From: Eledone cirrhosa
Lineage: Eukaryota
DNA: 64,000 nucleotides
Reading direction: 5' to 3'
Assembly (NCBI GenBank): GCA_964016885.1
Contig: OZ024743.1
Location: forward strand, 20,708,001-20,772,000
Shown here one piece after another: positions 1 to 13,580 of the stretch (positions are counted from its first letter, which is position 1; every line of letters starts with the position of its first letter). A program made the translations under genes and the position numbers. The notes under the pieces are model-generated. The model was not told the origin of the DNA. It saw nothing but the letters and a program-made list of their open reading frames with translations, and did not search any database.

Positions 1-267
1 CCCAGGATTGAGTACATGATGAAATAGACATGTAGATTTGTATACTCCTGTCAGAAGGGGTTTGAGGAAACAACACCAATAACCTGCCCATAGCATATCA
101 CAGAATGGAATCTGCAGGAGTAATTTTTATTTATGTAGTTTTTTGTTCATGTAATAGCTGTCTGATAAGGTTGTAACTGTTATATAACAGTTACCATCAT
201 ATTATGTATAACAGAGATTATATAATCAATAAAATGAGATACATATTAACCTACTGGCTTCCACTGT

Positions 268-368
268 CTTATATAGTACATTTAAAGTTTCATACACTTA
301 ACATGTATGCACGACCTTAGGTCACACTTATATGTTAAGAGTATGAAACTTTAAATATACTAAATAAG
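268..368. repeat. Imperfect hairpin of about 100 bp
   Basis: 37-bp arms (268-304 and 332-368) with 3 mismatches; inner gacc-tta-ggtc. Confidence 0.85.
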
Positions 369-540
369 CTCTTTTCCACGAGATTGTGCATTATTTTCCT
401 TGACCTTTTATCTATGGATCTCCTACATATACGTGTATATATATAGTAATAATAATAAATGTGAAGACTAAAATCCAAAGAGGGCTCGATAAGGATAAAT
501 ATATATCAAATATATAAGAACCCTAGAGCAAATATTTATC

Positions 541-612
541 ATGTCACTCGTGTTACCTCAATTTGGGAATATATATATATATATTCCCAAATTGAGGTAA
601 CACGAGTGACAT
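541..612. repeat. Perfect 72-bp palindrome centred on (AT)n
   Basis: atgtcactcgtgttacctcaatttgggaat-(at)6-attcccaaattgaggtaacacgagtgacat. Confidence 0.95.
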
Positions 613-804
613 AAGACAGACCCTGTCCACCCTGTAAGGTGGCCATGCTAATATCACAAACAAGTGGTTGCTGTTAGAAAAGCCAACCCAAGACTCTATG
701 AGCAAGACATGGTCATCTGACCTCATAATTATGACAGCTCATCTAGCCCATGTTGAAAATAGATATTAAATGGTGATGAGGATGATGTTACGAACACACA
801 CACA

Positions 805-1140
805 CATCATCATCACCATCATCACCATTTTATGTCCATTTTATGTCCATTTTATGTCCATTTTCCACGCTAGCTTGGGTTAGACTGGTTGTCCTTTTGT
901 GAGCAATGCCAGGTCGGGTGACCTTGTCTTGCTCATACAGGAACTGATTTTAGCTTGATTTCTACAGCTGGATGCTCTTCCTAACACCAACCTCATTTAC
1001 AGTGAGTACTAGGTGTTTTTTACTGTGGCGCCTACACAGTGTGGACTAAGTGCTTTTTTGTCGTGACACCTCCATGGCCACTTTGCAATGGGAAGGGGTG
1101 GGGGCATATTGTCTATATGCTTCAACTTCGGCTTGTACTG
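805..1140 (-). mobile_element. 5'-truncated 3'UTR copy of the RTE LINE at 23050-25240
   Basis: Closely matches 23050-23370 (ttccacgctagc..., ggaactgatt..., gggggcatattgtctatatgcttca); (CAT)n tail. Confidence 0.85.
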
Positions 1141-4100
1141 ATATATATATATATATGTATACACATACATGTGTGTGTGCATATTATATCTTTATTATCT
1201 GTATGGAATATATAATAATTTAAACTTCTGATCAATATAATAAATAGTTTATTCTGATTTGTATTTGAACATTTAGAAAATACAAATCAGAAATTTTATT
1301 TTTCATCTCTGTTGCATTTTATTGTCGATTTATTGATCAGTTTATATTTGATATTTCAATAACATTTATTTAATCATTCTGAAACTAATATTATTTTGAT
1401 TACTGAATTTTGGATTAAAAGCAATATCTTTCGTTTTGATACATATAGTCAACTATTTCCGTTATTTTGCCATTATTCTGATGGGTAGCTGAATTATTTT
1501 CATTTCATTTTACTCACAATCTTGCTAACTGAATACATTGTTATTTTTGTAGTTGAGCAAAACATTGTTCATATTAGCTATTATCATCATTTAACATCCA
1601 TCATCCATGCTAGCAAGTGTTGGGCAGGTTTTCATAGACTGAGGCAGTGCTGAAATGATGCTACTGACCTCACAGTTGGGCAGCATACTTACAACATGCT
1701 TATGTACATTCCCACTCTCTATCGAGTGCATTTTATCATAGTACCAGCACAAGCTGTGTTCTGTGAACAAGATGGCAAATACATTGATGCAGTGACACAT
1801 GCTGCATCAACCACTCCAACTTATGTGATTCATATTTCGAGCAGGATGAACTCCTCCCAATTTTGCAGAAGTAAATGGCAGTTCTGGGATTGTATACACC
1901 AGATGGAGGTGTCAGAGACAGTAGCAATCTGAATTAAATTTTTGATAGGTATTGTTGTTGATGTTTAGCCTCAGGTCATCTCTGACTGAACAGACCTAGA
2001 ATCAAAACATTTCAGTTGAGTCTGTGCAGTCTTTTTTAGGAATAGCTACCATGTCCTTTTAATATTTAAGACAATAAATTGCACTTTAACCATTATTTGA
2101 TTATCTCTTTAGTCATCACATTATATAGTTTAATTTGTTGAGCTTAATCCTTCCATTGCCATATTTCTGTTGAAAGATAATGCTTATAATTGTGAGATCA
2201 TTTTCAAAATAATCAAGAATTTGGAGAGATTTAACAGTATATCTAACTTACTCATTATTAAACTGGTGTTTGAACCATAACTTAAAAGTTCTTACATAAA
2301 ATTATTTGTTATGAAATAAATAGCCTAGTATGGTAAAACCATAACTGGCTTCAGGCAGTTTGGTATCAAAAGAATTAAATGCTTTGCATTTTATCTCGTC
2401 AGTGTTGATAAAATAATTGTAAAAATGTTTTACATAATGTGGTTGTAGTAAAGAATTCTAATAAATAAATCATTGTTATTCATAACTTTTACCGTGTGTA
2501 ATTTATAAATATTCTCGTTTTCTAAATAATCTAATTCAACATTATAGGATTTTATTACTGTTAGCTTACAGTTCACTTGCAAAGAGTGTCTACCATAAAC
2601 CCTATCATTTTTTGATAGTTGAATGGTGCGTTTGCTATGTAACTTTACTGACTTGCTTCTAGTTAATATAATTGATATTCTGTCAGATTATTTAGAATTA
2701 ATGTGTAAGCGGAAGAATCTCTTTCATATATACTTCTTTTGTAGTAGTAATAATAATAATTATATTTCAATTTCAGAATCATGTTTAATCTATTTCATAT
2801 TTACTTAGTAGCAGTAGTAGATGCAGAATAATAATAATAATAATAATAATAGTAATATTAATAATAAGTCTAATTATATATACATATTTCGATCATGATT
2901 GATCTCAGCAATATAATATTGTATTTTAAATTTTATTTATTCATTTATCAAAATCAGATAAGTTCTTTTTTTAAACCAAAAATTATTTTTATTTTTTCTA
3001 TTCAGAAGGTTTTTCCAATCATATAGTTTTTCAAATCAGAAAAATAGAAAGAGAGAAGTCACAGAGATTAAGAATAATGAATGCACTCATAGAAAATTGT
3101 TCTTTTTTTTTTCAAATAAGAAAGATAGAGAAATAAAAAAAATAGAATGTTGAATAAATTCAGTGTTCTTTGTTTTTCTTGTCATAGGCTTTAGTGTCAG
3201 TTTTTTCTCAATTGTTACTTGAATTCATATTTTCAGTAAAGTTTTTTTCTATTATTGAGCAGTTTTCTTTTGATTTTCATGGTAGCCATTCCTCATATCT
3301 ACATCTATTGGGTAAGTGAGCTATACACTTGGTTCTTTGTGATTTTCTAGCTATCACAACTTTGATCACATTGTGGTCACCATCACATATTTATGAACCT
3401 ACTGCTAATGTTTATTAAATGGTAGCTAAATATTCTCTACTTTTGCAAACAACTTTTGGATCAGTCCATTTTTTCTTTATAGGGGAAAGAATCTATTTCA
3501 TATTTACAAATTGTATAGTAATTGTAATAACATCATAATCATCACCATTTGACGTCCCTTTTCCCTGAAAGCAAAGGGTGAGTGGGTTGTCACGTATGAA
3601 ACAGCATTCAAATGGAACCACTGGTTTCTGAGACAGACCAGGAGCCTGCATCTTCCTTACATACATTCCTGCCCTCTACTGAGTGCTTAGATAGGCCAGG
3701 GGCACCCTTCTTGCTTAAATACATTCCAGTGCTTTACTGAGTTCATTTTATTGTGGCACCAGCCATAGGGAGGTTGTCATATCTTTTACACAGTTGAAGC
3801 CTGCCTGATCCTTTGGCAAATTCTCTATGACTTCATGGTTGGTCTCCCTATCACCAACTTACAGTGAACACCACAATAAATTTCTCTCATCCAGAGCTCC
3901 TCACACTGATTTGCCACTCCACACATCCACATCTAATTTCAGAGTCACAGTGGTTGTACTGGTGGACAGACTTTTTGTATTGGCATATTGCCAATCAGCT
4001 TGGTTTATGAAGTTCTATCTCTTGAAACCATTTTTCACAACTTCTTGTGTCTTCCTTGATCTCCCTCTTCCACAGGTTTCATACAATTTCTAATAGGGAC

Positions 4101-5279
4101 ATAAGGATACAATTTCAAGCATGGAGATGGAAGTTGGTTAAATAGATACCAGTATTTTACTGGTGCTTTATTTTAATGATACCCAAGAAAGAAATTTGAA
4201 CTGAGAATATAACAAGCCATAACTAAATGCCACAATAGAGTTTTGTTCAATGCCCTAACAGCTACAACAAGACATATAATAATAATGATAATTATGAAGA
4301 AATAGATTAAACTATAGAAATATTAAACATTAAACGTTTATCACAACATTTGTTTCAGTGTTACACTTTCAACATCCTTAATCAATTTAGTTCCTCACCA
4401 GACAATTGACTGTCTATCCATCATCATATTTCAATGGAGCTTAGAAATGTTTGACAGTGCCCATCTCTTCTCTAATTTAAATAGGAACATTTTAAAACCA
4501 AGAGCAGTTTTAGGCATTTAACAGTTGTTATTTTTGCCTTACACAGAATATATTTATAAATAAAGATTTGATAACCTTAATTATGTAATAAAATGAAAGT
4601 CATAAACAAAATCTTTAATATATTGAAACAATTTGACAAAGATCTAGGAATGTTTGCATCAAGATAGAAATATTCAATGAGAAAACTTATATGTGAAATT
4701 TTCACATGACCTAGTAATCATCATCCTCATCATCATCACCATCATCATCACCATCATCATCATTAGTAGTACAAAATATGAAGGAGGTGAATTAGCAGTA
4801 TTTGTTCTGGGTTTTTTTTTTGTGTTCTGAGTTCAAATCCTGCTAAGGTCAACTTTGCCTGTCATTCTTCTGGGATCAATAGAATAAAGTAACGGTCAAG
4901 TAATTTTTTCCATTCCTTTAAATTTTCTAGCCTTGTACTTAAATTAGAACCCATTATTACTACAAAATATGTGAATAGGAATTACATCCTTCCCACTACA
5001 AAAGAAAAGCATGGATTCACCAATAGAAAAAATGCTTGTAAAAGTATAGGATTGTCAACCATCATTTAATAACAAGTGGAAGTGAGTTCACAAATGTGAA
5101 TTTGATGGCAATAGCCAGAAGAACACAAAGAACTTAAGTGTATATCATGCTCACTTAAGTGTATACACACAAAATAAGAGTTAACCAGGAAAGTCTTTTT
5201 ATGAACATTTGAATTCAAGCAGCAATCAAGAATGAATTGCCTCTGAGGCCTAATAAAAACCCATTCAACATTCTGTTTC

Positions 5280-5482
<203 letters not shown>

Positions 5483-5661
5483 TTTCTCTTTATCTACTCT
5501 TTCTCTGCTTCCCCATTCTCTCTCTCTTTCTGATTCGAAAGTAATCTGAGTACATTCATTCCTATATCTTTCTCACACCACCTTTCTGATTTGAAAAATT
5601 ATTTTTACTTATTCAAAAACTTATTTAATTTCCATGAATAAATGTATTTAAAATTCTAATT

Positions 5662-5712
5662 CAATATTACTCTGATGAGATCAATTATGATTGAAATATG
5701 TATATATATATA
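5662..5712 (+). ncRNA. Degenerate minimal hammerhead motif; second copy on the - strand at about 2871-2920
   Basis: CTGATGA-gatca-atta-tgatt-GAAA-tatg-TA: core and stem II intact, stem I poor. The homologous - strand copy reads ttgctga-gatca-atca-tgatc-GAAA-tatg-TA. Confidence 0.45.
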
Positions 5713-8230
5713 ATTGGAATTTTATTATTATTATTTCTATGAACGAAATATGAAATAGATTAAACACAATTCTACAATTGAAATATTATTATAATTTCTA
5801 TGAAGTGAGTAAATATATAGATTATTCCTTTTACAAAAAGAAAAATGGATGAACCAATCCAAAAGAGCTGTTATATTTATTCTGCACTTGTTGACATCAT
5901 TAACCATAGAATATGGAAAAAATACCTACATACATGACTGTTTACTTTATTAAAATAAGAAAAAAATTATATATGTTTGACAAATATATTCCCAGTAAAT
6001 TATAAGCTTGTCTAAATCACTATTTCATTAAGTACTCTATGCCCATTTACACTTGGCCTATTTAAAATATAGCAAAACTATTTCTATTTTGTTTGGAAAT
6101 ACATGTATTTTTCTTAATGCTTCTATTCTTTTATACTTGTTGTATCTGCTCTTAACATTATTTTGTTATAAGTATAGACTTTAAATAGGCTCGAAGAAGG
6201 TTCCCTCTTGAAACATTTCTATTACAAATGTCTATATTAAGTGCTATACAAAACAGTATTGTTAAATCAAACCACATGCATGAAAGTACTTATTGAGTTG
6301 AAAGAAATTATAATGATTGTGATTATAATGTTTAGTATTAATGTAAAGAGATTGTTTTCAATTAACTGAATGAAATATGTATATTCAAAGTTATATTCAT
6401 AAAGAGGATAAATTGGTATGATAGTAAACACTATAGTTATTCAGAAATTGTTAGTTTATTAGTATATACTAAGGATAAACAAAGAGTCAGAGGGATTCTT
6501 TAGTTGTATCAAAGGCATGACAACTTCTTTATTGTTGGTGATTTAAATGATAAATACACCCAACACACCCTGTGCAGTGGTTGGGGGTAGAAAGAACTTT
6601 CAGTAAAGCACTGGAACATACATGAGCAAGGAGCTCTACTTGAGTACTAGCCCAGTCTGTGATGACCCATTCAGTCCTTGCTAACAAGGAAAACATGTTA
6701 AATGATAATGATGATGATATCTACAACTATCTCATTTAAAGTTTTTTCTTATCACATGACATTTCTTCCAAACTAGTTATTGCCATAGTAATTTGTTTAT
6801 TTTAAAATACACAAAATCATTTACATTTTAAATATGTATTTGTATTTTACATTAGCCATAAAAAGAATATTTATTTGTTATTTTTATTCCTGTCATGTCA
6901 TACTTTAACTGATGTAAAATTTAAATAGATGTAAATGTTTCTTTACTGCATCAGGTAACATAGAGTTAAACATATAAAATATATTTCATTTTGTAGTTAT
7001 ATTTCTCTTTTTCATATTTGAAAATTGCTGTTAAATGCTGATCGTTAAAAAGGCTGAATAAAACTTAACATGTCTATCATATTCTGTAAATACTTAATAT
7101 GTTAACCACACAAAAAAATAAACAAAAAAAAACTGTAAATGACATGTCTGTTTCAATAGAATGAATGGGATGTATTAAAATAGATGGTGTATTATTGATA
7201 TTTAGGGTTGCTAGTTCATTACCTAATTCAAAATTGAAAAGGTTGTTGACAAATGTTTCTTTCATTGAATCCAAAAAAACCCACACCTATTAACATTTGC
7301 AAACTAATGTTAAAACAGCAACATTCAATTAATATAATGTAAAACTGTAGAACTGTAATATTGTTAGACTTTAGAAAGAGAGTTATGTTTAAAAAAATTT
7401 AAACCAGTGACTACAAATTCACCATAAATTACACAATGTTTGTCTTTCATTCCAGTAATCCTGATTCAGTTAATGAAATATAGTAAGATTTATGTTACAA
7501 TTTTATTTTTACATTGACTCCAGACTAATTTCTCTAATTTCACAAGCATACATTGTAAATCCATTTAATTGTGATTGACAATCTTCCTTTATCTGCTTTA
7601 GAGAAGATTTTTTTTTTAAATTTTGGTGTTACATATAAAATTTATTATTCTAATGAAATTATATTGGCATTATGTTGTAGATTCTACTGACAACTCTCTG
7701 TGTAATCTACATTGTATTATCTCTGGTGTAGCTCATATATTGTTTGTTTCTCTCCACTCTTCTTGTATATTCACAATCTCACTGTTATTCTTGACTTCAC
7801 TCACTCGAGGGCAGATGACACCACCCACCACTTATCTTTGATATTCTGATCTCATGTGTCATTTTCATGTAATCTAAACATCCACTAGAATTGTACTAAT
7901 TCCAAGAACAGAAACTTGAAAAACAATCTTCCACTGGGACCCTTGCTATCTAATCTTTGATAGCAATACTGAGAAACAATCACTACACATATCAAAAGAA
8001 CAGTATTGCACTATTGCACTATTGCAGCTAAAATGTTACTAGAGATTTCTAGGACTAACAACTTCTGATGGTGTTTTTTTAGCAGAATCAATATTAATAA
8101 TGCATATTATATTTTTAATTGTAGTAAAACTATTATTAAAACCTGGAAGCTATTTGACTGGAAATATAAAAAGCCATCATCATATTTATTGCCACTAATA
8201 CTAATATTGTTGTTGTTGATGTTATTATTA

Positions 8231-9027
8231 GAGAAGTGGATTGGCAGTATTGGTAGGGAATCAAATAATATGCTTTGCATATTAAGCTCTGAATTCAAAT
8301 TCCGCCAGGGTTAGCTTTGCCTTTTAACCTTATGAGGTCAACAAAATAAAGCACCAGTAATGCATTGGGGTCAATTTATTCGACTTTCCTCTCCCCCAAA
8401 GATTGTTAGCCTTGTGTGTAAATGAGAAAACGTTATCATTATTGGTGGATTGGCAGTATCGGTAGAGAGTCGGATACCATGCTTTGAAGCATAGAGTTAC
8501 GTCCTTTTATGATCTGAGTTCAAATCCCGCCGAGGTTAACTTTTCCTTTCATCCTTACGGGGTCGATAAAATAAAGTACCAGTAATACACTGGGTAATTG
8601 CTGGTCTTGTGCCAAAAGTAGAAACAATTATTATGTTGGTGGATTGGCAGTATCGGTAGAGAGTCGGACGCCATGCTTTGAAGCATAGAGTTACCTCCCC
8701 TTATGATCTGAGTTCAAATCCCGTCGAGGTTAACTTTGCCCTTAATCCTTACGGGGTTGATAAAATAAAGTACCAGTAATGCACTGGGATAATTGCTGGC
8801 CTTGTGCCAAAAGTGTAGAAACAATTATTTTAGGGCGGTGGATTGGCAATATCGGTAGAGGGTCAGACGCCATGCTTTGCAGAAAAGAGTTATGGCCCTT
8901 GCCATTCTGAGTTCAAATCCCACCGAGGTTAACTTTGCCTTTCATCCTTATGGGGTCGATAAAATAAAGTACCAGTAATGTACTGGGTAATTGCTGGCTT
9001 TGTGCCAAAAGTAGAAACAATTATTAT
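8231..9027 (+). mobile_element. Head-to-tail array of four tRNA-derived SINE copies (about 190 bp each)
   Basis: Units start at about 8231, 8444, 8638 and 8833. A-box tggcagtatcgg, B-box gagttcaaatcc, core ctttgcctttcatccttacggggtcgataaaataaagtaccag, tail ccttgtgccaaaagtagaaacaattatt. Confidence 0.92.
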
Positions 9028-9159
9028 GTTAAACTTCCTTTGAATTCTGCTTCTTTCCAAATCATGCAAAGTGTCAACATTTTACAATCAATTGTCATAT
9101 AAATGATGCCACATGAGCACAAACAGTAGTAAATGTCTTTGCAAGGTTTTAGAATTGAT

Positions 9160-11145
9160 AATGTACTTCTCAGGCCATGGACAGTGCTAGTCAGCACTAT
9201 TTTCTGTATCTCCTGCAGAGATGGCTTTCCAGGAATCTGGTCCAAATATTTTTTGTTCCCTTTATCATTCTAAATGCACCAACTAAGGGAAATATTCAGA
9301 ACATCCAAAGTTTACAAAATCCACATGGGGGGAATACTGTCAAATGCTCTCTTATAGTCAATCTAAGTAGCACTCAGGTTTCTATACTTTTTATGACAGT
9401 TTTCCAGAATCATATGGTTAATGAGAAGCTGGTCTTTGCACCCTTAAGACCCACAGCGACAACCTTTCTGCTCAATAGAGAATAGATGATTGTCATCCAT
9501 AAATTTGTAGGTTGGCTCAGTCAAGATTGATGTGAGAATTTTGTATGATGTGGGAAGGCATGTGGTAGAGCGATAATTTTTTGGAATATTTCTTTCTGTC
9601 AATTTTGGCAAGATATATGTTATACCTTGTGCAAACCAATCAGGAGTTTTTTCAGGATTGAGCATAATTTCATTATAACATTTTACCAACATATCAAGGG
9701 TAGAAGTTAGAGAAGATAACCAGACGTTTAGTACTTTATCAATGCCAGGGGATTTCAATTTGTTGGCTTTCTTTAGTGACAACTCCAGTTCTTTCATAGT
9801 TATGTCTTGCCAAGTTTGCCTTTCTAAATTATCTTGTTTTTTCCATGTTATTTTTCCCTCAGACATAAACAACTTATTTTGCTTGTAAAACCATTTTTGC
9901 TTTTCAAATCTTCTGATTTTTTTAGCTTTCAGCCGATCTTTCTGTTTCAGGGATTCTTAGATTGATTGAATATCAGGCTTTGAAGTTACATTGTATTTCT
10001 TAATCACTTTCCTTCCTTTTCTTGACTTGACAGATTCCCCAACACAGATTTCACCCAGGGTCAATATTTCTCCCCTCATCATTTCAATTTGTTTCTCAAT
10101 TTTTATCTTCCAGGGTGGTCCCAGGGTAGACTTTGTGAGTGTGGTGTCTTTTTTTGTTTTTTCCTTAACCTACATTGCCTTTCTATTACCGTTGCTGCTG
10201 CATAAGTAACCTCATTCATTTCTGATATATCAGGCTCCATCTCTTCAATTATTGTTTTAACAGCCTGATTGCCAATTCGTGTGTGTCTTTTGTTCTGGTT
10301 GTTGCTTGTCAATTTTTGCAAGGACTCTCTTCCACCCATATTAATGTATTTTTATTTTTCCAATTTCATTGAGAATTTCTTGTTTTGTTTGTTCTATCTG
10401 ATCTTTGTGTTCACGAGTAGAAATACCTTCGTCCATATTGTTCTCCTACCTTTCAGCTTGACCCTGCTCTGTTTTATTTCTGATACTCTCAATGTTCCTT
10501 GAAATCTCTTTTGGTGACAACATAATCAATATGTTTTCTGGGCTCTTCTGTCACATATTCATTCATATCCCTTTCTGATATTAGTATTCTCGAATCTTTT
10601 TCAACAGTCTTCTTAATTTCATTTAACTCTACATCTGTTTGTCTCTTGTTTCTAAGAATATCTCTCTTACATTTGCAAGTTTGTTTTTGTCCAGGTTAGT
10701 CTCCTTTCGGGATTTCTTTTCCTCCATACCCTGAAACAATTTACTGTATGTTTTGATTCCATTGGTTTTCCCAATGAGTGATAGAATGCATATATCACTT
10801 CTTTATATTCTTCTCAAGTACATTTGATATGTTCAGATTATTGTTTTTCTTGTGGTGCTTAACTTGAAGGGCTTGGGTTGAGATTATTCTCCTTCAAGGG
10901 ACCATTTGAGTCCATGTTTAGAGAAGAGCTTGTTTCAGCTGCAGACGTTTTGACCCTAGGCTGATCCCTCTCTGAGGGACACGGTCCTTGTTGACCCGGG
11001 CAACGACCGGTCTAGTATGTGACATTTTTGTTGTTTGTTAATGTGTTTTATCCTTCACCGCCAAGGGGTAATTTTGTTCAAGATCCCACCTCTAGGACGA
11101 TTATCAACCAAGATTAGTGAGCTTGTCCTGCCCATGAGACACAGC
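9160..11145 (-). mobile_element. Decayed, internally deleted R4/Dong-like non-LTR retrotransposon (restriction-like endonuclease class)
   Basis: Fragments KSPGIDKVLNVW, PDWFAQGITYILPK, PKNYRSTTCLPTSYKILTSIL, EQKGCR (RT N-terminus); C-terminal QIPGKPSLQEIQKIVLTSTVH; N-terminal EEYKEVIYAFY. Stops and frameshifts throughout. Confidence 0.8.
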
Positions 11146-11739
11146 TAGTTCTTGCTAGTGCTGTCCTTAATGTTCTCTTCATGTAAACATTTTGTAGCAG
11201 GTAAAGAAATCATTATCACCATCACCATCGTTATTAATCCTACTATCACAATTACTACTGCTGTTGTTGCTACCCTCTGTAGTCTTGTTAAGATTTCTGC
11301 TGCATCCCAAGCATAGTTAGATGTTTTAGCAACCCCTCTCTGACTATGGGGTACCATATTATTTCGTTGGTCATAGGGAGAGACTGCTACTATCATTCAT
11401 GGTATTTCATTGGTCTACCAGAGCCGCATAATTACTATAATGGGGCGAGTTGGTGGGGTCCAGGTTTGATCAAGATTGGTGCTGACTAAGGAAGTTTTGT
11501 AAAGTCAAATAAAAACAACAATAATAGACACAATAGTGAGAGAGAGGGTGAGGGAGAAATCCAGAAATAGTGGGCAATGGGAATGTGAGGGAGAAGAAAG
11601 GCCATGCCACCATCGTGTAGTGGTGGAAAGAAAATTGTTTTTTAAATGACATGAAATAGAATGAAATTGAATATAAAGTTGAATTACATTTTGAAGTCTC
11701 AAGTCAGAAGTTTAAATAGCTTATTATTTTTATTATTCG

Positions 11740-12133
11740 TGGAATCGGTAGAGCATCAGGCGCTATGTTTCATGGAATAGTTACGGCCCCTCACATACAG
11801 ATTTTATATCCCGCCAAAGTTAGCTTAGCTTTTCATCCTTACAGGGTCGATAAAATAAAGTACCAGTAATGTACTGAGGTTAATTTCTTTGACTTTCCCC
11901 TTCCCCAAAAAATTATTGGCCTTGTCCCTAAATCAGAAACTATAATAATAATAATAATTGTTTCTACTTTTGGCACAAGGCCAGCAATTATCCCAGTACA
12001 TTACTGGTACTTTATTTTATCGACCCCGTAAGGATGAAAGGCAAAGTTAACCTCGGCGGGATTTGAACTCAGATCGTAAAGGGATGTAACTATGCTGGAA
12101 AGCATGTCCAACCCTCTACCGATACTGCCAATT
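11740..12133. mobile_element. Two SINE copies tail-to-tail (+ 11740-11950, - 11955-12133) sharing a (TAA)n tract
   Basis: Same SINE consensus in opposite orientations around tataataataataataatt. Confidence 0.88.
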
Positions 12134-12991
12134 CAATAATAATGATATTTTAATTTATATATGGAATATATCATGTAAATAGAGTTTAATATAAAGAAAA
12201 AAGAAAATTTAGATTGAGAAGAAAGAATGGAATGTAAAATAGGAAAAAAAACTGAAAAGGAGAGGGAATGGCAAGGACTCTAGTATCAGAGAAGAATGGG
12301 AGGTGGGGATGATTGGGCTCTGGGCCTAGGATGGAGCAGTAAAGGGGCTGCACCTCGTGGACTGACAGAAACGTTAGACCCTTGGACAAAATGCCTTGCC
12401 ATATTTAGTTGCAACTCTTTACATTCCCAGTTCAAATGCTGCCAAGATCAACTTAACATTTTCACAATTTCTGTTGTTGTTTGACAAATCTCTTCATAGC
12501 TATTAGTAAATTCTGTGTCTGTTTTGTCTTTGCTGACTTCATTGGTTATAGAAAACATTTTTCATTTTGTTCATGATTTGTAGCAATTTATATTAGTTTC
12601 ACCATTAAGCTTTACTAGATATTTTTCTAATTCTACAGTTCAGATCTTGTAACAGGTTTATACTTGCATAAGGCCTCTACATCCATGTATTCATGTTAAA
12701 TATGAAAATTCTATGCCAAACTGTGAGTAGTATATTGTGAATACAGTTATTTTAAGCACCCAATTGGGATTATTATAACAATAATATATTTTTGTTACAG
12801 CTAGTGCTGATGACTATTACATTATATTCTTTATTTAGCTCCCTTTTAAGTATTAATCTAAGGTGACTACAGTGTTTCTTCCTAATGTTTTCTTTTATTT
12901 GTGTAAGTTGAATACTGCCTAGTTCATTGATTTTTAAGTATTTGTATGTCTGAATTTTTTTATGATCTACTTAGATTCCTTTCATTATTTA

Positions 12992-13190
12992 GAGTGGTGA
13001 AGTGACAGTATCGGTAGAGTGTCGGACACCCTGCTTTGTGGTATAGATTTACGGCCCTTTACATTCTGAGTTCAAATCGTACTGCAGCTAACTTTGCCTT
13101 TCTTCCTTACGGGATCGATAGAATAAAGTGACAGTCATGCATTGCAGTTGATTTAATCGACCCCCCCCCCCCTCCGATTTTTGGTCTCTG
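12992..13190 (+). mobile_element. SINE copy
   Basis: cagtatcggtagag...ctgagttcaaat...ctttgcctttc matches the consensus. Confidence 0.85.
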
Positions 13191-13363
13191 TGTCTGTCCA
13201 TTTTGGGGGAAATATATATACAGGTTTATATTTAAATGTCTTATATTTTTTATTTTCAACAGATTTTAAAAATATATACATTCATTATAAAATCCCCATT
13301 GTTTTTGCACTCTGTCATTGTAATGTACCTCATTCGCCTCCTTTGTGGCAATAAAAAAGACTT

Positions 13364-13580
13364 GCAGTATCGGTAGAGGGTCGGACGCCATGCTTTGATG
13401 CATAGAGTTATGGCCCTTGCCATTCTTAATTCAAATCGCGCCGAGGTTAACTTTGCCTTTCATCCTTACGAGGTCGATAACATAAAGTACCAGTCATGCA
13501 CTGGGGTCGATTTAATCTACTTTTCCCTCCCCCCAAATTGCTGGCCTTGTGCCTTTATAAGAAACCATTATCATTATTAT
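13364..13580 (+). mobile_element. SINE copy
   Basis: Same consensus with an (ATT)n tail. Confidence 0.85.

Noticed and set aside
8444-8535. tRNA genes
   Set aside because: The A/B boxes belong to SINE heads; there is no cloverleaf and each is followed by SINE core and tail.
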